Assembly (NCBI GenBank): GCA_965223325.1
Contig: CBDCWI010000002.1
Span: 4,448,001-4,512,000, forward strand
Origin: Candidatus Multivoradales bacterium
Lineage (GTDB): Bacteria > Acidobacteriota > Thermoanaerobaculia > Multivoradales > Multivoraceae
Reading direction: 5' to 3'
Length of the DNA stretch: 64,000 bases
Shown: one piece after another, positions 58,401 to 64,000 of the stretch
Numbering within the stretch: the first letter of the stretch is position 1
Layout: every line of letters begins with the position of its first letter
Position numbers and translations under genes: made by a program
Notes under the pieces: generated by a model
The model's input: only the letters and a program-made list of their open reading frames with translations
Databases searched by the model: none
Told to the model about the DNA's origin: nothing

Positions 58401-59040
58401 GGCCCCGTGGGTGTCACGAGGCCATGTTGGGCAGCACGCTCTGACGTTCGCGCGAGTGCCAACCTCCTCGGTGCACGGTGGTGTCAGCGCGGGTGCTGAG
58501 ATCGCGGCGCGACTTCTCGATCATCAGAACCACCGTCAGAGTCGCGGTTTTGTGGCCTGGTGGCGCTCGTTCCTGTGGGCCTGGAACCTGCTGCAGTTTC
58601 AGGGCTCGGCGCGTTTTGTCTCGAGCGAGTTTGTGGAGACGGAAGGGCCGGTGTCGGGTGTCGCCCAACCGGTGGAAGTGGCACAGCTGGTCGCCGAGCC
58701 CGCTTCGTTGGCCGTTTCGGTGACAACGGACGTCGCCGCTTCACCGGATGCTGAGCTCGAGGAGCTGCTCGAGATTGCCACCAGTTGGAGTGCGCCGGTG
58801 ATTCGGGAGGCGTTCGAGCGCGGTCTGCCGCTGCCTGAGGTGGGCTGGGTTCTGGAAGGCTCGAGTGCGCACGAGGCGGATATCGCCTGGCCCGAACAGC
58901 GGCTGGTGGTGCTTGCCGAGTCGCAGGCTGGTTCGCGCGGTGCTTTCGAGGGTGCCGGTTTCCTGGTGTTTGAATACCCTGTTGATCGCGGTGAGCTGCT
59001 TGGTGCGCTCGCCGAGCGCTCGGCCGTCGTTCAGGTCTGA
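52402..59040 (+). CDS. Giant DEAD/DEAH helicase with DUF1998 and a C-terminal endonuclease-like domain (DruE-like or DrmA+DrmB-like)
   Basis: TGTGSGKT, DELH, TSAT, QRLGRAGR, many CxxC, YDRVPGGTG...CEC...GCYLCL, RPDFVI...VFCDGAAFH. Confidence 0.85.
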   Translation: MLPSILAGQIRATVLDYLTTTFGLSDRAFEESLVEFLDGESGLFRGPYYEVRLPFRRESHAANTPLEVHPPFQPYRHQALAFDRLTSAGGHQPQHTLIVTGTGSGKTECFLYPILDHCLRHKDEPGIKAILLYPMNALASDQAHRLAELIHTDERLRGSVTAGMYVGQKGRYGVMGPDHLVDQRAALRDDPPDILLTNYRMLDFLLLRPEDARLWRHNGEETLRYLVLDELHTYDGAQGTDVAFLLRRLRRRLQCAKGAVCCVGTSATIAGESAEGAGSAHEPLIEFARTLFDDYFARDAVVTEDRSSAVEVLGTEQDLDRFPESSAGGSLQQLLPSSYDDSEQWLAAQAAEWLGDDVSVEDVVSLGERLSRHPLLHLLVRSLESGSLSFEALDRELARWSEPWSAIPAEWRRPALDSFLAVVSTARTREGASSESERTQPFLTVQVHLWVRELSRLLQLVTADEERVFRFDSDPDPQASLHKTRHWLPLVWCRECGSHGLASAEQIGTPALESAAPQINKSWLDGKSSALALFEARGGEAVPGTQTRLLCPTCLSLADDRSGKGEAGASCQCWSRDGGAKRRVLISSAGADSSSGNGRTKSSRGEGGKKVFSRACPMCESKDALVMMGSRAATLLSVTVSQLLSSEHNQDRKLLAFTDSVQDASHRAGFFGARTYTFNLRSAIQGTIAGWEEAKSAPLPLADCASAMLEHWTTRVEPAFLYAALLPPDLLGLNEWQRVLEAWRELSELSSEERMERREAVQVPAFLDILEPRLQWEVQRELGLDSRTGRTLEWAGCTALGFDAERLKRAAERLCLEVEEESWFGDRGAGALPSSEAMQHLLLGLLHRMRQRGALDHPWLRPFFEWGGARYLLSRKRQPYLSPFPDRAVLPRMLVEGKHKVFDQVDSPHAYTWLRYWAARCLEVDASGPGASDFWRMALRILATEGLALEVTTETRSGATQQRGWTLAPAAAWVTTGTRRLVCDDASCQRERMLADEEAKLFLGRPCPYYRCSGVLRASTEVSPRAKARHDYYQRLYAADHLERVVCAEHTGLLARKDREDLEAAFRAGKVPGAPNVLVCTPTLEMGIDIGDLSATLLCSVPPTPASYLQRLGRAGRKTGNALSVTMAASRPHDLYFHNEPLSMLRGQVLPPGAYLEAPEMLIRQFAAFSMDQWARDRAEAGDREPLPHQMGLVLAEKKDADRFFPDTFEAFYEEQFERLWEEFSVGFCPPDEEARAEMRASLVTDSVPARFRAAFKEVADELAELQSIARRTRLRAKKIEADPTISEAPEEEQKELADTGRVLGRLMKELRKKYPLQVLTDAGTLPNYAFPERGVSFESVVRKERTSKAGGKEQKGSSDFQKREYVRPAHAAIRELAPHNTFYAEGLRVRIDQIDIGTQAQPLFEYWRFCPDCSHSERELDEAEGGGVVEARCPHCKHEGWADSGQRRVVVPFRRARALSKLAEATAAVSKEDRERKYYEVARLVDVGPHNALGGYTFPKLPFGWERLQHVPLSEVNFGVQRNASEQSFRVADRPIHETGFPVCARCGHVRGGGDDEEKRDQRHTPWCPGRREGAKENFVDVSLYRQIESEALRILLPVATQDVERKRASFKAALQLGIRRMLGGQASHLELTESDEPANRLEGGGARRRYVLLYDRVPGGTGQLAHIAEPETFEKLLRVAHRALTTCECQRGESERDGCYLCLFAYQVQRDLPILSSHAAREMIDQVLEQFEGGELTPTDSLSNASIDDLIESELEAKFLEVLERYAHKRGTELERSIQGGRPRWILRLPGGVGADGRETPGRSWVVRQQVDIGSREGVDRASRPDFVIAPRDGDPSVLPIAVFCDGAAFHVTPERETGVIAADVAKRRALIESERYRVWSLTWGDLEAWIRDEDTAVRDAFSEPSRSVLGHLWDQRAAGPLKQGLLTRGSASLLFAHLEHPDAAHWSAVAEATVAAWALSGPFLEASDAAEMRERLISDGADVGGFLVAVHKKPDAEAPWVSRGHVGQHALTFARVPTSSVHGGVSAGAEIAARLLDHQNHRQSRGFVAWWRSFLWAWNLLQFQGSARFVSSEFVETEGPVSGVAQPVEVAQLVAEPASLAVSVTTDVAASPDAELEELLEIATSWSAPVIREAFERGLPLPEVGWVLEGSSAHEADIAWPEQRLVVLAESQAGSRGAFEGAGFLVFEYPVDRGELLGALAERSAVVQV

Positions 59041-59057
59041 GGAAACCGAGAGCCGTC

Positions 59058-61199
59058 ATGCCACAACTCGCCGTATCGAAGGACTTCATGAAGGCGTTTG
59101 CTGCCCTTCCCAAGGCGCAGCAGAACAAGGTTCGGCTCTTTACCGACAAGTTCAAGCAAGACCCCACGCAATCAGGGATCAACTTCGAGCGCATCGAAGG
59201 CGCCGCCGACGACAAGGTGCGCAGCGTTCGTATCGACCAGGCCTATCGCGCAATCCTCGTTCACCCGCCGCGTGGCGACGTGTACCTGCTGGCCTGGGTG
59301 GATCACCATGATGATGCCTACGCCTGGGCGCGGAACCGTCGGTTCGAAGTGCACCCGCGCTCCGGTGTGCTGCAGATCTTCTCGGTTGTGGAGGCCGAGG
59401 CGGCTGCCGGTGCAGGCGAAGGAGTCGTGGCGGCGGATGGTTCGGAGCACCAGCGCTTTTTGTTCGGTGAGCACGATGACGAGGAGCTCCTTCTGGCTGG
59501 CGTTCCCGCGCCTCTTCTGCCCGCTGTGCGCGCGGTGATTACCGAAGACGACCTGGGGCGCCTTCTCGGACACCTTCCTGAGGAGTCGGCGGAGATTCTC
59601 ATTCACCTCGCGGCTGGCGAAGACATCCTGCAGGCGATCGAGTCGGTGGGGCGCGAAGAGGCGGCGGCGCCGATCGATACCGACGACTTCGAGAGTGCCC
59701 TCGAGCGGCCATCGTCGAGGCGGCAGTTTGTGGTTCCGGCGAGCGAAGAGGAGCTGGTCGCGATGCTCGAAGCGCCGCTCCTCGAGTGGCGCGTCTTCCT
59801 ACATCCGAGTCAGCGGGCGTTTGTCACCATGGATGCCAAGGGGCCGGTGCGGATTCTTGGCGGCGCCGGTACGGGCAAGACCGTCGTGCTTCTTCACCGT
59901 GCGCGGTATCTGGCGCGGCATGTATGGAACGGCGAGCAGGATCGAATCCTCGTGACCACCTTTACCCGCAACCTGGCGGCGGATCTCAGTCAACAGCTCG
60001 ATGTGCTTTGCGGCGAGGAGCGTCGGCGCATCGAGGTTGCGAACCTCGACAGCTGGGCGGTGGGCTTTCTGCGGCGCAACGGTGCGGACGTTGCGATCGT
60101 CAAGGAGAAAGAGGCGCGTGAGCTGTTGCAGCGGGCCGTCGACGAAGAGGCCCACCCGGATCTGAACCTGCCGATCGGCTTCTATCAAGACGAGTGGGAG
60201 CATGTGATCCAGGCTCAAGACCTGGGAGATCGTGACCACTACTTGACGGCTGCTCGCACCGGACGGGGTACCCCGCTCGATCGCAGGAAGCGCGCCAGGG
60301 TGTGGAAGGTTCTCGCGCGCTATCGCCAACTGCTCGAGGAGGGCAAGCTCCTCGACTGGAACGATGTCGCTCGCGAGGCCCGCCTGCTCATCGCCGGTGG
60401 AGCTTCGACGCGCGGTGTCGACGCAGGCCTGCGGGCGGTGCTGGCGGATGAGGTTCAGGATTTCGGGCCGCCGAAGCTTCGGTTGCTGCGCGCGTTGGCG
60501 CCAGAGGAGAACAACAGCCTCTTCCTGGTCGGCGACGCCCACCAGCGGATCTATGGACGGCCGTACCCGCTCAGCCGTTGTGGCATCGAGATTCGCGGGC
60601 GCGCGAAACGGTTGAAGCTCAACTACCGGACCACAGCGCAGATTCGTGCGCGCGCCGTTTCGATTCTCGAGGGCGCCGAGATCGACGACCTGGACGAGGG
60701 AAATGACACCTTGGACGGCTACCTTTCCCTGCGCCAGGGGCCTCTACCCGAGGTCAGGCACTTCGCCAAGGCGGTGCAGGAGGAGAAGGCGATTCTCGAG
60801 ACGCTGCGTGAATGGATCGAAAAGGACTGTGTCGATCCGCGCTCGATCTGCCTGTGCGCCAGAACTCGCCAAGAACTCGACAGTCGCTACGCCGTGATGC
60901 TGAAAGAGGCGGGAATCGACCAGGTGCGCCTGGACTCGGAATCTTCCCCCGAAGACGACCGGGTGGGGGTGAGAACCGCGACCCTTCATCGCCTCAAGGG
61001 CCTGGAGTTCGAGCGGCTGATTGTTGCCGGGATCGACGATGAGTCGATGCCGCTCCGCCTGAACCACTCAGGTCTCGATGAAGGAGAGCTCGTCGCGCAT
61101 GATCTCAAGGAGCGCTGCCTCTTGTACGTCGCGACGTCGAGGGCGCGCGACATGCTGATGGTGACGGGTTATGGGAAGCCGAGTCGGTTCTTGACTTGA
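59058..61199 (+). CDS. UvrD-like SF1 helicase with RelE/ParE-like N-terminal domain
   Basis: N-terminal RSVRIDQAYRAI...VDHHDDAY; GGAGTGKT, ADEVQD, GDAHQRIY, NYRTT, KGLEF, LYVATSRAR. Confidence 0.85.
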   Translation: MPQLAVSKDFMKAFAALPKAQQNKVRLFTDKFKQDPTQSGINFERIEGAADDKVRSVRIDQAYRAILVHPPRGDVYLLAWVDHHDDAYAWARNRRFEVHPRSGVLQIFSVVEAEAAAGAGEGVVAADGSEHQRFLFGEHDDEELLLAGVPAPLLPAVRAVITEDDLGRLLGHLPEESAEILIHLAAGEDILQAIESVGREEAAAPIDTDDFESALERPSSRRQFVVPASEEELVAMLEAPLLEWRVFLHPSQRAFVTMDAKGPVRILGGAGTGKTVVLLHRARYLARHVWNGEQDRILVTTFTRNLAADLSQQLDVLCGEERRRIEVANLDSWAVGFLRRNGADVAIVKEKEARELLQRAVDEEAHPDLNLPIGFYQDEWEHVIQAQDLGDRDHYLTAARTGRGTPLDRRKRARVWKVLARYRQLLEEGKLLDWNDVAREARLLIAGGASTRGVDAGLRAVLADEVQDFGPPKLRLLRALAPEENNSLFLVGDAHQRIYGRPYPLSRCGIEIRGRAKRLKLNYRTTAQIRARAVSILEGAEIDDLDEGNDTLDGYLSLRQGPLPEVRHFAKAVQEEKAILETLREWIEKDCVDPRSICLCARTRQELDSRYAVMLKEAGIDQVRLDSESSPEDDRVGVRTATLHRLKGLEFERLIVAGIDDESMPLRLNHSGLDEGELVAHDLKERCLLYVATSRARDMLMVTGYGKPSRFLT

Positions 61200-61209
61200 G
61201 CGGGATCAG

Positions 61210-61641
61210 CTACTCAACTCCCCAGTTCGGCCCCAGCTCTCCCCGAGCGTAGTCGCAGAGGTCGTAGGGGGGTTCGTCCTTCGCGCGCCACACCCAGACG
61301 TCGCCGCTGGCGTTGTACTCCAGCATTTTGCCGGTGAGAGCGATACCACTCAGCATGAGGAGCGGAAGGATGGCGGCGGCGGCACGCTGGAGGAGTGTGG
61401 GTGTTGTGAGGGGGCGAAAGAGACACCACGCTGCGAGTAGGCCTGAGATGACGACGCTGGTGATGAGGGCGCCGTGGTAGGTGGCGAGGGTTTCCGGTGC
61501 CAGGGAAGTGGCGCCGTTCTCGACGACTCGACCGCCGACGTTCTGGAGATACAGGGCGGCCGCGGCGTGGAGGGCGAGGATTGCGAAGGCGGTTGCGGTG
61601 GTGAAGCGGGCCCTCCGGTTTGGTGTCGAGGGTGGGTTCAT
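61210..61641 (-). CDS. Small membrane protein (3 hydrophobic segments)
   Basis: 143 aa; AGGAGG RBS upstream. Confidence 0.7.
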   Translation of the reverse strand: MNPPSTPNRRARFTTATAFAILALHAAAALYLQNVGGRVVENGATSLAPETLATYHGALITSVVISGLLAAWCLFRPLTTPTLLQRAAAAILPLLMLSGIALTGKMLEYNASGDVWVWRAKDEPPYDLCDYARGELGPNWGVE

Positions 61642-61946
61642 TCGTCGCCTCCTGGGGCGTCGGTGTCCTGGTTGGTTCGTGGGGCAAGGTCAACCCAGCG
61701 CCCGGGCATCCACTTGAAGGGGATGAACGGCTCGCCCGGTTGCCTGCGGTTGAAGAGGTTGCCATCCCAACCGTACACAGGGAGGTTGCAGGTCGAACAG
61801 GGCGTGACTCTCGGCCGTTTCGTAGCTATCGGGGGTTCTGCGAGGTGTGGCGTGGAGGCCTGGATTTGGGATCTGGAGTCCGCGGCGTCCGGGCTATTGA
61901 AGCTTGCTTGGCCTCTTCGTCGGGAGCTCCGTTGATAGAATTTGGG

Positions 61947-63533
61947 ATGCCGACTCGCTCCCTCCTCTGTGCCATTCTGGTGCTGGCCACGCTCTCGAGC
62001 GGGATCCTGGCCTCCGAACTGCCTACCCTGGAGCCCCTCGTTCTTCTGGCGGACACCAACCCGGGGCCGGCAGATGGCATCGACGACTGGAGGGACTTCG
62101 TCGTTGGGGGTACCTTGTTCTTCGAGGGCGGTCCGTACCCCAAGTCTTTGTGGAGAACAGACGGTACTTCCGCGGGCACATTCAGACTCACGCCAACCGG
62201 CTGGAACTACATGCATAGCCTGGTTCTCGAGGTCGCAGAGAACCAGGTCTTTTTCGGCGCCATGCCACCCGGCGAGGACGAACTTTCGCGCCTGTGGGCG
62301 ACCGATGGGACCCCGGAAGGGACTCACGAGCTTCCTGTGCCGTCTCGGGGACCTCTGCGAGCCTGGTGGGGAAATCGCAGCACCCACAGTTCCATCCTCT
62401 TCTACGAGCCCGCCGCTTCCGACGGGCCCGATGCATACTGGTCGAGCGACGGCACTCCCGGCGGCACCGCGCGGGTTACAACGCCCGAGCCGTTGCAGAA
62501 ACTCTGGGGTCACCAGGTGCTCGGGTCAGAGTTCGTTTTCCTCGGCACACGGGAAGATGAAAGCCGGGTGATCCTTCTGGGAGATGGGCCTTCTGGCACA
62601 CGTGTCTTCAGAAACCTGGCTTCCGGCGAAGGGCTGGGCTTCTTGAACCGCTCCAAGGTTCCGCCGTTCTTGTACACCGTTTGCCAGGAGGACGACTCCT
62701 GTGAGATCCGTCGCACCGATCTCGCAGGCGCTGACGTGTTGATCGGCACGTCGCCTCATCTTTTCCAGGGCCTGGTTGGGAACCGAGCGTTTCTCGCCTA
62801 TCGCGGCGAACACATTCTCACGATGCGGACGACTGACATCACGACCGGCGCAACCGAAGTCCTAGCGAAGTGGGATGCCCGCTCCGAGCCCTGGCATGGT
62901 TGGTTGTCGCGCGATCTCATGATTCTTGGAAAAAGGGACCCCGACGACTTCTACGCCATGAAGAGTCTGTATGTATCCGATGGGACCGCTGCAGGGACCA
63001 CGCGGATTCTGGAGTGCCGGGAATCACCGTGTCCGTTACCTGCCAACTTTTCGCTCGAAGAAGACGGAACGATCTGGTTCTTGGGAGGCGACTCCGCTTC
63101 GACGGGACGACAGCTCTTCCGGTCGGATGGAACGTTGGAAGGGACAGCAACCGTTACGCCTCCCTGCCCGGAGCCATGCCTAGTCACGAGTCACTTTCTC
63201 GATACTCACCGAGCGGACGAGTGGCCCTGGTGGTACAGCGGTCGGCGAGTCGTCCTTCACCGACGCACCCTGCCCGAGAACGGGCCCATCGAGGTCACCG
63301 TCTACTACGTTGATCCGGCGGAGGGTGTCGCTCATCTCCTGGGAAGCCTGGAAGTGGCGCCCTACACATGGAGGACTGCCCTTCACTCTCTGGGCAAGCG
63401 ATTTGTGGTGTTAGGGCCAACGACTGATTACGGCATAGAGCCCTCTTCCTTTGGCCTCTTCTTTCGGGAGATCTTTCAGGACGGCTTTGAGTCCGGTGAC
63501 GTCTTGGGTTGGGTGAGTTCTTCCCAGAACTGA
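61947..63533 (+). CDS. Exported ELWxxDGT-type repeat protein with IFQDGFESGD tail
   Basis: LWRTDGT, LWATDGT, YWSSDGT, LYVSDGT, LFRSDGT repeats; signal peptide. Confidence 0.85.
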   Translation: MPTRSLLCAILVLATLSSGILASELPTLEPLVLLADTNPGPADGIDDWRDFVVGGTLFFEGGPYPKSLWRTDGTSAGTFRLTPTGWNYMHSLVLEVAENQVFFGAMPPGEDELSRLWATDGTPEGTHELPVPSRGPLRAWWGNRSTHSSILFYEPAASDGPDAYWSSDGTPGGTARVTTPEPLQKLWGHQVLGSEFVFLGTREDESRVILLGDGPSGTRVFRNLASGEGLGFLNRSKVPPFLYTVCQEDDSCEIRRTDLAGADVLIGTSPHLFQGLVGNRAFLAYRGEHILTMRTTDITTGATEVLAKWDARSEPWHGWLSRDLMILGKRDPDDFYAMKSLYVSDGTAAGTTRILECRESPCPLPANFSLEEDGTIWFLGGDSASTGRQLFRSDGTLEGTATVTPPCPEPCLVTSHFLDTHRADEWPWWYSGRRVVLHRRTLPENGPIEVTVYYVDPAEGVAHLLGSLEVAPYTWRTALHSLGKRFVVLGPTTDYGIEPSSFGLFFREIFQDGFESGDVLGWVSSSQN

Positions 63534-63598
63534 AGAGGAGCCCGACACCGACCCGCGCGAGCCGCTGGAGGCGCGCTCGCGAATGTTGTGAAGCGTAG

Positions 63599-63766
63599 TC
63601 AAGCGTCGGCGGCGCCCAGGTCCTGAGGCGTGTCGTACCAGCGGTTCTCCGCCGGTCGCTTCCAGCCGTACTCCCGTCTAGCAACGGTTTCTGCCTCTTC
63701 GGTGACGAAGGCGATCAGCGCCTCAACTTTGCCGTCGCCCTCCTGTGAGTCCGCGGCCTCGGCGGT
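63599..63766 (-). pseudogene. Possible 3' end of a gene interrupted by IS256
   Basis: Open frame ...KVEALIAFVTEEAETVARREYGWKRP...* abutting the IS end. Confidence 0.35.
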
Positions 63767-63767
63767 C

Positions 63768-64000
63768 ATGTCCTGTCAAGTGGTGTATGACGGTCACGTG
63801 GGATCCTTGTTGTGATCATGCTGAGATGGCCTTGGGTTCCTCGTTGTTTGTTGGTTGATCCATGAGTTCGGCGACTCGCATGAGCGAGTCGAGACTTACG
63901 TATCGCCTGGCGATGACCCACTCGTCATGCTGTTCAGCGAGCACGGCTCCGACCAGGCGCACGATGGCGTCACGGTTGGGAAAGATGCCAACGACGTCGG
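63768..64000 (-). mobile_element. IS256-family IS, 3' end (transposase stop at 63816)
   Basis: DVVGIFPNRDAIVRLVGAVLAEQHDEW...RRY; terminal TACACCACTTGACAGGAC. Confidence 0.9.

Noticed and set aside
1-64000. tRNA or rRNA genes
   Set aside because: None recognised by eye; a covariance-model scan would be needed to exclude them

Overview
GC-rich bacterial window; C-terminal (I/L)FxDGFESGD motifs and an ELWxxDGT-type protein suggest an Acidobacteriota/Thermoanaerobaculia-like host (inference). The first ~43 kb is dominated by two related families of RAYT-like HUH (Y1) transposase elements. Family A encodes a 332-aa protein and has ~80-bp inverted ends with a CGAGGC-GAA-GCCTCG hairpin. Family B encodes a 323-aa protein and has ~42-bp inverted ends starting GATC + GCGCGGC-GAT-GCCGCGC. 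There are 9 full-length copies, 3 3'-only fragments, several solo ends and a MITE, and every transposase copy is on the + strand. No target-site duplications are visible and left and right flanks do not rejoin. Between the ends lies a patchwork of intact cargo (NTase-fold toxin plus immunity gene, GmrSD-like nuclease, Mre11/Rad50-like pair, exported proteins) and clipped fragments (IS3, IS256, IS110, serine resolvase, RHS, kinases). It also holds an integrase-less integron cassette array with attC sites and a SIR2-like cassette hit by ISL3. The 43.6-61.2 kb region is an element-free defence-like locus: N6-methyltransferase + SNF2 helicase, divergent from a giant DEAD/DUF1998 helicase-nuclease + UvrD-like helicase. 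All calls are from motif reading by eye; no database searches were run.
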